DNA of 64,000 nucleotides from a virus. Under the pieces are notes generated by a model, which made no database searches, was not told where the DNA came from, and saw only the letters and a program-made list of their open reading frames with translations. The stretch covers positions 1 to 64,000 of IMG/VR virus record IMGVR_UViG_3300036884_000495; one strand, written 5' to 3'. The first letter of the stretch is position 1. Each line of letters starts with the position of its first letter. This document shows positions 27,420-37,509 of this stretch, piece after piece. Both the position numbers and the translations under genes were made by a program.

Positions 27420-29345
27420 ATGGCCATAAGCGCGCTACTCCAGTTCACACAGGGCACAAATGTGGGCGCGCAGGGCTGCGCCCTCGTGGTCACTGCGGGC
27501 ACGCCTGTGGTCATACGAAACTCCAACAACATCAGCACGCAGTCGTACCGCCTTGAGCTTTGCTACGCGCCACCGGGATCTACGTACGCCTTCACCCCCG
27601 GTACCACCGCCCCCACTATTCTGGCACAAAGCAACGGTGCCCCAAGCTTTTCTTTCACGCCCGACGTGGCGGGTTGTTATCGCTTTCGACTGACGGTATG
27701 GAACGGCTTCGGCTACACGGGGCAGCCGGATGTTGACATCCGCAATATCGGCATCGTCTTCGCTAACGGCCTTATCGCGCCCTCGTATCAGAAGTTCCCA
27801 GATCCCTTGCCCCTTCCAGGAACAGTGCTGCCCGGCGCAAAGCCAGGTGAGTTGAACTTCGGTGGGCAGCCTTATGGATGGCAGGGAGATGGAGATCCTT
27901 CGCGCCCGCTGCTGTACCAGGCCCTGCAAGCGATCGGCAGTGGTGGCGGGGGTGGTAGTGTATCGGTTACCGAGCCGCTCGCAGGCGATGGTACGTCAGA
28001 TAGCCCCCTGAGCCTGTCCATAGGGGGTATCTCGCACTCACTGCTCGGCGGGCTTAGCGGCGACGACCATACGGCGTACCTGCGCACCGACGGAATGCGG
28101 CTGGCAACAGGTACGATGGGCATGGACGGCAACCGCATTACAGGTGTCGGGGACCCCACCGACGGAAGCGACGCCACAAATAGGGCGTATGTTGCCGCGT
28201 TCGTTCAGGCGTGGGTGGAAGCAGATTACTTGGCAGACACACCCCTCGGCCCGACATACGCGGGTGAGGTAACGGTGGGTGGTGTCACAACGAGCCTTTC
28301 CCTCCTTTTACTGACAGCCGAAGCAGACGCAAGTAACAACGGCTTATGGCTAACAGGGCCGCTTGACTGGGTGCGCCCTTCTGTGTTTGCGGCAGGATCC
28401 CACGCAGCTGCGCGCTACTTATTCATAAAGGGAGACATGTATGCGGGCACGGGCTGGGTCTGTACGGCAGCCGCAGGCATGGATGTCATCGGCGTCAATG
28501 AACTTCACTGGCTTCAATTTGCACCTGGAGGGGTCCCCATAGGCAGTGGACCGAACACGGTGTACACGAGCAACGGGGAACACAATTCGTGGTCATCGGA
28601 CATTCAAGTCGCCAGCCTCACGATCACGAATGGCTACGGGGGTGCGCTGAATTCCCCAGGGGGCTCACTCACGGTAACCGTGCAAGGGAACGATGTACTT
28701 GTACTCACCAAGTACTCCGCTCTTTTGTCTGCGATGAATCTCACGCAGTTCTCGTCCTACTTCTCGGGCGCACCAAGCACCTCACAAGTTGAACATGCGG
28801 CGTTTCAGGGTGCGACAGTCCTCTCTCCTGTGAGCATCGAAGCGCGCCAGCAGACTACCGCCGTAAGCAGCCTCGCCTACGTAGACCACCCCATTCAGCA
28901 CTGCACCCAACACACGCAGATTCGTGTAGCTGGCAGTGCATCCAGCTTCACCATCAGCCCGTTCGAGATTGCATCGGGTATAGCGTATGCGGGCACGGTT
29001 CGGATCACGCGTGCGTCTTTTGCCACGGGCACAGGGGCAGATCACTTCCAGCACTATGCTGCCGTGACTCTGGGCTTCAACTGTAGTTATCTTGATGGTA
29101 TTCAGTTGGGCTCGATGGCTAACGACCAGACGACCCCGGTCGCTAGCGATTTTGTGCGTATGCAACCAGGGGGCAACACGTGGGACGCCCACGTACTACG
29201 CCAAGTTGCCGCGAGCTCCCCATATAGCGCCTGGTCGTCCACAATTACGAGCGGGGTACCCGCGCTTACTCTCACGTTCTACGAGCTTGGGGTAGTTAGC
29301 GTGTTCGACTTCTACTGGGAATTCTCCGCCATCACGATGCCGTAG
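27420..29345 (+). CDS. Putative tail fibre protein
   Basis: LSGDDHTAYL, NRITGVGDPTDGSDATNRAYV and ASNNGLW fibre-type motifs; divergent C-terminus. Confidence 0.7.
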   Translation: MAISALLQFTQGTNVGAQGCALVVTAGTPVVIRNSNNISTQSYRLELCYAPPGSTYAFTPGTTAPTILAQSNGAPSFSFTPDVAGCYRFRLTVWNGFGYTGQPDVDIRNIGIVFANGLIAPSYQKFPDPLPLPGTVLPGAKPGELNFGGQPYGWQGDGDPSRPLLYQALQAIGSGGGGGSVSVTEPLAGDGTSDSPLSLSIGGISHSLLGGLSGDDHTAYLRTDGMRLATGTMGMDGNRITGVGDPTDGSDATNRAYVAAFVQAWVEADYLADTPLGPTYAGEVTVGGVTTSLSLLLLTAEADASNNGLWLTGPLDWVRPSVFAAGSHAAARYLFIKGDMYAGTGWVCTAAAGMDVIGVNELHWLQFAPGGVPIGSGPNTVYTSNGEHNSWSSDIQVASLTITNGYGGALNSPGGSLTVTVQGNDVLVLTKYSALLSAMNLTQFSSYFSGAPSTSQVEHAAFQGATVLSPVSIEARQQTTAVSSLAYVDHPIQHCTQHTQIRVAGSASSFTISPFEIASGIAYAGTVRITRASFATGTGADHFQHYAAVTLGFNCSYLDGIQLGSMANDQTTPVASDFVRMQPGGNTWDAHVLRQVAASSPYSAWSSTITSGVPALTLTFYELGVVSVFDFYWEFSAITMP

Positions 29346-29348
29346 GGG

Positions 29349-29900
29349 GTGCGTATGCTGGGCGGCTCCTCTGACGTTGGCGACTTGTTGGTGCGTAAGT
29401 GGGTGCGTGATGTTCGCCCTGCGCGCACCTTTGACTTCGGCATGGGCGGCGGCAAGTACGGGGAGATGGTGCACACGATATACCCCGCCGCAAAAGTCTT
29501 TGGCTGTGATACGTGTTACCTCTCCGTAGAGGCCATGAAGATTCTTCATCGCTACGACACTTCTTTTCACAGTGACCTGCGCGAGGAGGTACATGCCGCC
29601 GTTGCGCAGTCTTGTGACCTGTGGGTGTTCGGCGATGTGCTCACACAGATCCCGAAGGAGGATCTTTCGCGTGTATGGGCTGCCGCAAATCTAGGCCCTC
29701 GCCGCATCCTCGTGACCGTGCCTATCGGTGCATGCCTACGCCGCACGTTGTACCCAGAGGAGCAAGAGGTACAACAGTGGAGTTGTACCCTTGACGACGT
29801 GTACGCGTGGCCGCTGCGCATCTTGGCGGTATGTGACCTACAAGCGTCTACGACACAATCTAGTCTGCACGTGCTTGCAGAAACACGGCAGGGCGTATAA
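29349..29900 (+). CDS. Class I SAM-dependent methyltransferase-like protein
   Basis: DFGMGGGKYG motif I, FGCD, DLWVFGDVL, ILVTVP. Confidence 0.6.
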   Translation: MRMLGGSSDVGDLLVRKWVRDVRPARTFDFGMGGGKYGEMVHTIYPAAKVFGCDTCYLSVEAMKILHRYDTSFHSDLREEVHAAVAQSCDLWVFGDVLTQIPKEDLSRVWAAANLGPRRILVTVPIGACLRRTLYPEEQEVQQWSCTLDDVYAWPLRILAVCDLQASTTQSSLHVLAETRQGV

Positions 29901-29932
29901 GCCTAGTGGTACATTCTGGAAAAGGAGTTTGC

Positions 29933-30187
29933 ATGAAAAACCTATCGATTCAACAGTTCGCAATCTTGGGCGCGGTCATCATCGCGATCATAGCCAGCCT
30001 CACGGTCTTGGTCGTCACGGGGCACATGGACCCGTCGATGCTGAAGACGGTCATCGTTGGCATCATGGCGTGGTTGATCCCATCGCCGGCCATCAACCCC
30101 GCGTCGCAGCCGATAGCCTCTGGGGTCATTACTTCTCCCTTTGGCGCCGAGACGGTCCATGTGATCACAAAAGAGGGTGACAAGTGA
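29933..30187 (+). CDS. Holin-like two-TM protein
   Basis: AAGGAG RBS; two TM helices and a charged C-terminus. Confidence 0.5.
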   Translation: MKNLSIQQFAILGAVIIAIIASLTVLVVTGHMDPSMLKTVIVGIMAWLIPSPAINPASQPIASGVITSPFGAETVHVITKEGDK

Positions 30188-30702
30188 TTCGCGCCGTCGC
30201 CCTCTTCGCAGTGTTGCTTTTCGTCACGCTCTCGACAGGCTGCGGGATGACCGTTCAACAGGTCGCCAATGCGGACGTCGTTATTTCTGCAGGTGTGGTC
30301 TCTGCCGCCCAAGCGCTCTGGCCGTCCATCTACTCGCTGATTCCCGCCGCGGATCAGGTGCAAGCTCAGAAAGACTTCAATGTGGCGCTCCTTACTGTGA
30401 GCACACAGGCTGCTGTTGTTCAAGACGGCGTTACCATGCTGTCTACGACGGACTTGCTGAAGCAGCTCGCGCTTCTGGATGATGCCATCATGAAGATCGT
30501 CAATCTTGTGAATGCCTTCAGAAACCTATCGCCTGATCCTCTCATCCAGAAGTCAATCAGGCAGTTGAATGACAAGTGCGCTGGCGCGCACAACATGGCA
30601 GTCGCCATGAAGATTAAGGCGGCCTCGGGCGCCTCGCACACGGAACTGCGCCACATGGCGGTCGCACTGAACGCCGAAGTTACGCAGGGCATGGCGCTAT
30701 GA
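30184..30702 (+). CDS. Putative lipoprotein (helical; spanin-like?)
   Basis: Signal peptide with lipobox LSTG-C; helical body. Confidence 0.55.
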   Translation: MIRAVALFAVLLFVTLSTGCGMTVQQVANADVVISAGVVSAAQALWPSIYSLIPAADQVQAQKDFNVALLTVSTQAAVVQDGVTMLSTTDLLKQLALLDDAIMKIVNLVNAFRNLSPDPLIQKSIRQLNDKCAGAHNMAVAMKIKAASGASHTELRHMAVALNAEVTQGMAL

Positions 30703-30998
30703 GGTACTTTTTCCTACTGGCATTCCTGTCGCTCAACTTGGCGATGGACTGCGCCCCAACGCCGCCCCCCGCGCCGCCCCCAAGCAAGTACACGTGCTCG
30801 GATGTAGCACTGAACCTCGCCAGCGTTGAAGGCGGCACGTGTGCAGACGCTGACGGCATCCTGTACTCGAAGCCAAACAAGAAGGGCGAGCTGTACGTCG
30901 ACACGTGTAGTAGCGCGCTGTCGATTCATGTGCCTGTTCCCCTCACTTGCCTAGCAACCGCAAAGACGTGCGCAGGAGCGAAACAATGTCGACCCTAA
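30699..30998 (+). CDS. Small secreted protein or lipoprotein, Cys- and Pro-rich
   Basis: Signal peptide, C-APTPPPAPPP linker, several further Cys. Confidence 0.55.
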   Translation: MRYFFLLAFLSLNLAMDCAPTPPPAPPPSKYTCSDVALNLASVEGGTCADADGILYSKPNKKGELYVDTCSSALSIHVPVPLTCLATAKTCAGAKQCRP

Positions 30999-31870
30999 TG
31001 TGCATCACACGAACGGGTGTCTCGAACACGCCGTTCCGTCCGTTCGTACCCCCGGAGCACGCACGCATTCGTATGAAGGTTGTGCGCGCGACGTTGGGCA
31101 CACTAGTCGCGCTCATCGGCGTCTCCTACGTCGTGCCGAACATGCCGGGCGTCTACGACCAACAGAGCATCGGCGCGTGCGTGTGGATGGCGACCACGGG
31201 CTGCTACCACATCAAGACGGGCGTGCACCTCAGTGCGCTCTGCGGCTACTACTTCGATCGTTGCTGGCAGGGCCTGCCCACAGTCGATTGTGGCAGCGAC
31301 TCACAGAATGCGATCTACATCGTCAAGAATGTGGGCGTCTGTCGCGATGAATTGATGCCGTTCAACAACGCCATCGTGGATTCCAGCGGTAACGCTATTG
31401 CGCCGCCATTCCCTGATGGTATTCGCGATGCCGCAAACCACAAGATGCCAGACTCCAGCTGGCTTGCCTGTGAGACGCCTGATGATCTTGAGGCTGCACT
31501 CAAGTCAGGTGACGGACGCTCCGTCACCATGTTTGGTTCCGCCGTCTCATCGGACATCCAGAGCTACCAAAAAGGACAAGTCCTTGGCGCTCCTGATGCG
31601 ACGGACATCATTGGTGGGCATGAAACCACCATTGTGGGTGTGATCTACAGGTGGGAAGACACCGCGAAATACCCTGAGGTCTTCGGGGCGCTTCCCGTAC
31701 GGCCTACCCTGCCCGACGGCACCCTCTACAGGGATGGCGATCGCCTTTGGCTGGATCGTAACTCGTGGAGCGCGGACTACGGCTACAACGGGCATTTCCT
31801 GTGCACGGATGCCTTCTTGTTCAACGATACGGCGCTTGGTTCGCACTTCGCATTGATGCAAGCCGCGTAG
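30986..31870 (+). CDS. Papain-like cysteine peptidase (C1 family)
   Basis: DQQSIGACVW (oxyanion Gln, catalytic Cys), GGHE (His), RNSWSADYGYNGHF (Asn); AGGAG RBS. Confidence 0.85.
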   Translation: MSTLMCITRTGVSNTPFRPFVPPEHARIRMKVVRATLGTLVALIGVSYVVPNMPGVYDQQSIGACVWMATTGCYHIKTGVHLSALCGYYFDRCWQGLPTVDCGSDSQNAIYIVKNVGVCRDELMPFNNAIVDSSGNAIAPPFPDGIRDAANHKMPDSSWLACETPDDLEAALKSGDGRSVTMFGSAVSSDIQSYQKGQVLGAPDATDIIGGHETTIVGVIYRWEDTAKYPEVFGALPVRPTLPDGTLYRDGDRLWLDRNSWSADYGYNGHFLCTDAFLFNDTALGSHFALMQAA

Positions 31871-31878
31871 TACGCAAC

Positions 31879-31919
31879 TACACGCGTGGAACTAGTCCTT
31901 CCGCGCGTGTATCTTTTTT
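31879..31919 (+). terminator. Intrinsic terminator
   Basis: TACACGCGTGGAA/TTCCGCGCGTGTA followed by TCTTTTTT. Confidence 0.8.
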
Positions 31920-31943
31920 GTTAGGTACTGCTAGGATCGGGCA

Positions 31944-34900
31944 ATGGCGGGCAGCTTCGGAAACACACCGTGGGGTAGCAACTGGGGCGCGGGGCCCGAG
32001 GCAGGCGGCGGCCTAGCCACCACAATCCCCACGAGCCCCGCATGGGACGGCTTCGACTTGTCCGGCGTACGCAGCCCGCAGGATATCGATAACCTGCAGC
32101 TGTATGCAGGGGTTGTTTCCTTTGGCGGCGATGGTGCCTTCTTCCTCTCCTCTTTCAACATCGCCTCGGGCGGCCCGTATCCGGTAGCAACTGCCGCCTT
32201 GTACATCAGCACGGCAGTCGGCGCCTCCTTCACCGTGCAGTACGACGCGGTCTTCCCAGACCTTCCCGTGGACTTCACGGGGATTGCAGAAGGCGTAGCC
32301 GCCGGTAACTGCCTGTACATGGGCGTGTGGAGCTCACAAGACTACGCGGCGGGCTTCTTTATCTCGCAAGAGGGGTGGGCATACACCGGCGAGGTTACGC
32401 TAGATGGCTCCGGGAACGTGGTACCCGCACAGGCCGTAAACCTGATTCCAGGCAGCGACGGGTGGACGCAGGCAAGTAAGGAGTACAACATCCGCATCAT
32501 CGTCGATGCGACCTCTGACCTTGTCTACGTGTACATCGAGGATGTGGCCGCCAATACAGGGCTGCAGCTCAAGGCGCTTCTAGTCGCTATTCATACGGTG
32601 TCGCCGACCGTGTCCGACGCCGCCGTGTTGGCGGTAAGGGGCGACAGCACACACATCTCTTGGATCGAGCTATTCAACTATCAGCTCTCTTCCAAGGTCC
32701 TTCTACCCAGCCCCCCACCCGTTGCGCACGCAGGGTCCGACCAGGCGATGCTCCGTTGCGCGATTGTGCGCTTAGATGGCGGCAGCAGCATAGACCCTGC
32801 TGGGTACCCGCTCGCATACGAATGGCGGCTGGTAGACGCGCCGGCCACGAGTATCTTCTGCGTCTCAGGCGGCGATGGGCAGACGCTGACAGAGACGGTG
32901 CCAACAGGCTTCACCTTTTCGTTCTACAGCCAAGACCTGGCGGATGCCGATGTCGCCGAGCCCCTGCAGGTAAACGACGTGCTGACGTACTCCGCGGGGT
33001 CGTTCACCATCAAGAGCATCGTGCGTACACCGACCTTCCGCGTGGTCGTAGAGTACGAGCAACTACCCGAAAGCAAGGGCAGTATACCTTTCAAGGTACT
33101 ACGGCAGTCAGGTATCAACGGGCCGCACACCACCGCCCCAACGTTCTACCCAGACGCCCTCGGCTTCTACTCTTTCGACCTACGCGTAAGCGACGGCTTG
33201 GCGAGCTCCAGCCCCTTGGGTACGGATCGCAGCCGCACGCTGATCAACGTCATCGAGAGCCCCCTGCCGCGCGGGTGCTCGGTAGATACCTCGTTCCTAT
33301 TCAACTACCTGCTGTCCTTTTGGAAACAGGTCGAGGACAGCGACCGCATAGCTACCTTCTGGGAGGCCCTCGCGCGCGTGGCGTCCACGGAGCTGTACTC
33401 GCTCTGGCAGATTGAGTACTCGAAGTCCTTGCGGGACATCCAGCGTACGTTCGTGCGCCGATGGCTGCACTACGACATTCTGCTTCCAGAGCCCTCTCCC
33501 GAGCTTACTACGCTGCGCTACCTGTGGGGCGGCGTCACCTCGAACGCTATTACCGGTACCGTAGCGAGCGTGGGCGGGACGACCTTTACTATCAGCTCCC
33601 CCTTCCTTTCGAATACCGTCACGATTCCTTTACTATCCACGAGCGCCACGACGACCCCAGAAGCGTACGCACAGCAGCTACAGGCCCGCCTACGGGAGGT
33701 ACTCGGTCCAAGTGTCGTGAGCAGCGTTTGCTGGACACGTGCAGGAGCCGTTACGGGCGACCTTAGGGGCCTGCGATACCCTGCAGATGTCACGGGGCGC
33801 ACCCTCGTTGTCACCGCAGACGCGGGTGTCGCGCACACTGCGACGATCGGTATGCCCGCTACTTTTGCGGCGTTCGTGCAGGAGCTTGTTGACCAGCTCG
33901 CTGGCGTAGCTGTCTTTGCGAACCCAGACGGCACTGTGCGCATCGGGTCGCCAACGGTAGGCGGTGCTTCGGGAGTTGTTATCGACGCCGCGAGCACGCT
34001 GCTTACAGCGCACGGGGGGCCTGTATCTTTCGATACGCTAACAGCCACCGCTGTCGCCTACGTGCACATCGCCGCGAACATCCCGTTCACGCTGATGTCG
34101 TCATCCTCGGCACCGGCGTTCTCGTATCCGCAGATCAACAGCCTCATAGGCGCATCTAGCGGTGGTGATGTTGTAGGCCCGCGCGCTTTTCGCGTGTCGT
34201 ATTCCTTGGCGAGCACACCACTCAACGAGGATGATCTGCTTGTTGTGGGGCGGGATGCCTACCGCATTGTGCGCATCGTAGACGACGTACGCGACCCCTT
34301 CCCGTATCAGCGCATCGTGGTCAAAGACGACTTGCCCGCGGTCTCCAACTCGGACTGGGTCATACCTGGCTGGGTGGAGTCGAAGTTCCTCAACTTCTAC
34401 GCCGGTTTGGTGGACCGCGGGGACTATGTCGACTTCGAGGTGACTACGCCTGGGGGTGGGCTTACCCTTGTAACTACGACAGTCCTCGGAGCCAACGCCA
34501 CGTTGATAGGGCGTCTCGCAGTCAATACCGCAGTACTTGCAGCACAACTATCCCTAGTCCCAGGGCTGACAGTCTTCCTGGCGCGCGTTCTGCGCCGACG
34601 ATACATCCCAATCGATCCGCTCATTGTGGACATCCCTATCCTCACCGACGTCATCGAGGTGGTGGACACAGACGCCGTTCTACGCAGGAACGCGGACTAC
34701 TTCATTGAGACCTTCCGCGGGCACCAGGCTGTGCGGTTCTGTGTAAACGTCGGCGCCGACCTCGGAGATGTTTGGGAGGGCGACCGCCCACCCGCGCGCC
34801 TGTGGGCGGAGTACACGTACGTAGACAACGCGCCCCTCATACAGGCGAACTTCGGGGCAGCCATCGGGGTGACCCAAGATATGGTGCCCGACACAGTGGA

Positions 34901-36218
34901 CTATCTCAGCGCCGTACGCGGGCTTTGGTACGCCATGTACAACGGCCCCACGATGGCGGACCTGCGTATTGCTTTGCAGGTGTTCTTGGGGCTGCCATTT
35001 GCAGAAGCAGCGGGCACCATCCTAGAAGTCAACACCAACTTCCTCACGCAGCAAAGCCGGCTCTTGATCCAAGATGCTGCGAACAAAGAGCTGGTGCGCT
35101 CGTATGTGTACCCGCGCATACTGAGCGTGGAGACCAACCCAGGCACGGGGGTGGCTTACGTCGTGGGAGACGTCGTCGCGCAGTTCGCCCCGCTGGTCAC
35201 AGGAGCCTCTGTTACGGATTGGGTGAAGGACCCCAAGTGGTTCCAGGGGATAGTCAACCAGGGCGCCTTCTACGAAGTTCAGAAGTACCACACGTTCTTG
35301 GTGCGCGTAGATAGCCAGGCGTTCAACCTAGCCTCTTTGATGTTCGCACAGAAGTTCCTAGCGAAGATCAAACCAATCTATACCGACCCTCTGTACGTTG
35401 TGGCGCTGCCTGCGGGTCCAGATGAAATAGATGTTGTGGACTCCACTTCCTTTGCGCTGACGATGCGGTTGTATGACACCCCTTGTGACCGCATGGGCGC
35501 GAGCTACTACTTTGACGAACCATGGGCGGCGGGTGCAGAGGCGCTCACGATGCCTGGGGGCGCCGAGCGCTCGTATCGGAACAACTTCGACAGAGGCGAC
35601 GACCCTACGGCTCCTGTGCCCGACTACCCAGGCCCTTCGGATCTTGTAACGTGGGGGTTCGATAAGGAGTGGCTTTGTCCTGCAGACCGCCTTGAACTAA
35701 GCCGCAGTGAGGTGTACGCGCCCTCCGCGCTCCCGCGCTACGACAGCGTGTTCGCATTCGATATGCAGGTCACGCAGCAGGTGTTTACGACACTTTCTCC
35801 GCCCTCGTCTTATGGGGCGTTTCTCACCCTCTTCACAGCAGACCGCGCAGCCACTATCACGCGCTTCCAACTGCAACTGAACGGGCCCACACTGGGGGCG
35901 CTGGGAGCGCACTGGGGGGCAGACCTGCTTGTCAACGGCACTGTGCGGCAGACGCACGCCTTTGACGTCGGGTATGTACACCCAGTACTGGGGCTAGTAA
36001 TCACCATGCCCCAAAACATCGAACTGATTGTACCGGCGCTCTCCATAGCGATCTCCATCGGAGACGTTGTGAGCCTACACATCTACCCCACGTCCCTCGT
36101 CACACAGACGCCGGGGTGGACACAGATACTTGCCGCCACCTCTCTTGGCGAGGGGCCGTGGGGGTGGGATGCGCCGTTAGCCGGCGGCACGTACTACAAC
36201 GTCGGAGAGCTGGAATGA
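31944..36218 (+). CDS. Large virion (baseplate/tail) protein with a PKD/Ig-like domain (1424 aa)
   Basis: PPVAHAGSDQ...VRLDGGSSIDP...LAYEWRLV PKD-like motif; lies in the tail block. Confidence 0.7.
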   Translation: MAGSFGNTPWGSNWGAGPEAGGGLATTIPTSPAWDGFDLSGVRSPQDIDNLQLYAGVVSFGGDGAFFLSSFNIASGGPYPVATAALYISTAVGASFTVQYDAVFPDLPVDFTGIAEGVAAGNCLYMGVWSSQDYAAGFFISQEGWAYTGEVTLDGSGNVVPAQAVNLIPGSDGWTQASKEYNIRIIVDATSDLVYVYIEDVAANTGLQLKALLVAIHTVSPTVSDAAVLAVRGDSTHISWIELFNYQLSSKVLLPSPPPVAHAGSDQAMLRCAIVRLDGGSSIDPAGYPLAYEWRLVDAPATSIFCVSGGDGQTLTETVPTGFTFSFYSQDLADADVAEPLQVNDVLTYSAGSFTIKSIVRTPTFRVVVEYEQLPESKGSIPFKVLRQSGINGPHTTAPTFYPDALGFYSFDLRVSDGLASSSPLGTDRSRTLINVIESPLPRGCSVDTSFLFNYLLSFWKQVEDSDRIATFWEALARVASTELYSLWQIEYSKSLRDIQRTFVRRWLHYDILLPEPSPELTTLRYLWGGVTSNAITGTVASVGGTTFTISSPFLSNTVTIPLLSTSATTTPEAYAQQLQARLREVLGPSVVSSVCWTRAGAVTGDLRGLRYPADVTGRTLVVTADAGVAHTATIGMPATFAAFVQELVDQLAGVAVFANPDGTVRIGSPTVGGASGVVIDAASTLLTAHGGPVSFDTLTATAVAYVHIAANIPFTLMSSSSAPAFSYPQINSLIGASSGGDVVGPRAFRVSYSLASTPLNEDDLLVVGRDAYRIVRIVDDVRDPFPYQRIVVKDDLPAVSNSDWVIPGWVESKFLNFYAGLVDRGDYVDFEVTTPGGGLTLVTTTVLGANATLIGRLAVNTAVLAAQLSLVPGLTVFLARVLRRRYIPIDPLIVDIPILTDVIEVVDTDAVLRRNADYFIETFRGHQAVRFCVNVGADLGDVWEGDRPPARLWAEYTYVDNAPLIQANFGAAIGVTQDMVPDTVDYLSAVRGLWYAMYNGPTMADLRIALQVFLGLPFAEAAGTILEVNTNFLTQQSRLLIQDAANKELVRSYVYPRILSVETNPGTGVAYVVGDVVAQFAPLVTGASVTDWVKDPKWFQGIVNQGAFYEVQKYHTFLVRVDSQAFNLASLMFAQKFLAKIKPIYTDPLYVVALPAGPDEIDVVDSTSFALTMRLYDTPCDRMGASYYFDEPWAAGAEALTMPGGAERSYRNNFDRGDDPTAPVPDYPGPSDLVTWGFDKEWLCPADRLELSRSEVYAPSALPRYDSVFAFDMQVTQQVFTTLSPPSSYGAFLTLFTADRAATITRFQLQLNGPTLGALGAHWGADLLVNGTVRQTHAFDVGYVHPVLGLVITMPQNIELIVPALSIAISIGDVVSLHIYPTSLVTQTPGWTQILAATSLGEGPWGWDAPLAGGTYYNVGELE

Positions 36219-36853
36219 ACAACGTCTTCATCGAACACCGACGCGGCGGCACCCTTGTGGAAACAAGAGAGCTGCACAACGTGTGGACCTACTTCGGCAA
36301 ACTGTACTTGTCGCAGTTGGTCTCCAACGTGATCATCGATGACGTTGGTGGCGATGTGCCTGAATCCATCTTCCGTGTGCGCTCCCTGTGTCTTGGCATG
36401 GGTGGCGTAGAAGCTGCGGGCGCCGCGTACGGTGCGGCCTTCCTTACCGCGTACCCTCCGGGGCACGATCCACATGCTACTGCGGGGAACAAGTACGACA
36501 AGAACAACCCCACAGGGCCCGTGATTTCCACGCTAGAACGGCCTGTGCGCAGGTCGGGCGGCTTGACTCCGTATCCAGGCGGCTCCGGCGACGTCTGGCT
36601 GTTCGAACCGCCCAGCGTGCACTACCGGGATATCAACTCCGTGACATTCGAGACCGTCGTAGACTGCACCGCCGGGGACCTCGTGTACAGCACGCTCCCC
36701 TACATGCCTATTTCGGAGGCGGGCCTTTGTCACTCAGGCGCAAACGCAGCCACCGCGTACAATAACGTTGTAGCTTACGTCAACTTTGCTACCATCGTCC
36801 TTCAGAGCGACAGCATCGTGACCTTATCTTGGACCGTGAGGTTGGCATCGTGA
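36215..36853 (+). CDS. Putative tail/baseplate protein, paralog of the next gene
   Basis: ATGA overlap; HNV, TLERPVR, PISEAGL motifs. Confidence 0.65.
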   Translation: MNNVFIEHRRGGTLVETRELHNVWTYFGKLYLSQLVSNVIIDDVGGDVPESIFRVRSLCLGMGGVEAAGAAYGAAFLTAYPPGHDPHATAGNKYDKNNPTGPVISTLERPVRRSGGLTPYPGGSGDVWLFEPPSVHYRDINSVTFETVVDCTAGDLVYSTLPYMPISEAGLCHSGANAATAYNNVVAYVNFATIVLQSDSIVTLSWTVRLAS

Positions 36854-37500
36854 GATTCAACGAAGACATTCAGGTAAAGCAAAACCTCCACCTCGTTGCA
36901 CGTGAGCGCGGAAAGATTGTCGCCCGCCGCGATGGACACAACATCTTCGTGGACTTGGGCCGCGAGTGGCTCTCGCGCCTGATCGCCTACCAAAGCTATA
37001 GTCCTGACGTCTATCAACGCGACGACCGCGTTCGCTATATGGGGTTTGGTATCGGCGGCAACAGGCAGCTGGCGCTGTCTACTGCGAACGCCTTCCCAAT
37101 CGGCGGAGCCGGGAACCCCTACGCGGCGAGCAGCCACACAGGCGTCGGCGCCAACCAGCAGACAGACTTGGACCGCACAGTGACGACGCTGGAACGCCCT
37201 GTGCGCGTGAGCGGTGGGTCTACAGGCTATCCTGGCGTCAGCGGGGACAAGTGGCTCGGGCTGTTACAGGCACCCGCGCAGCACGCGAGTGGCACGAGCG
37301 TGACCTTCGTGCGCATGTTCTTGCCCGCAGATGTGAGCTACTTGCCGTTCGCCTCTGTGCCCCTCAGCGAAGTCGGGTTGTTCACGGCGGCCGCCGACCC
37401 AGGCTTCTACCTAAACACGCTGATCGCCTACGATACCTTTGATACTTTGAGCAAGACTTCGGCCATCTCACTCGAGGTCGATTGGACGTTCAACTTCTAG
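36850..37500 (+). CDS. Putative tail/baseplate protein, paralog of the previous gene
   Basis: GTGA overlap; HNI, TLERPVR, PLSEVGL motifs. Confidence 0.65.
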   Translation: MRFNEDIQVKQNLHLVARERGKIVARRDGHNIFVDLGREWLSRLIAYQSYSPDVYQRDDRVRYMGFGIGGNRQLALSTANAFPIGGAGNPYAASSHTGVGANQQTDLDRTVTTLERPVRVSGGSTGYPGVSGDKWLGLLQAPAQHASGTSVTFVRMFLPADVSYLPFASVPLSEVGLFTAAADPGFYLNTLIAYDTFDTLSKTSAISLEVDWTFNF

Positions 37501-37509
37501 GAGTCCGAG

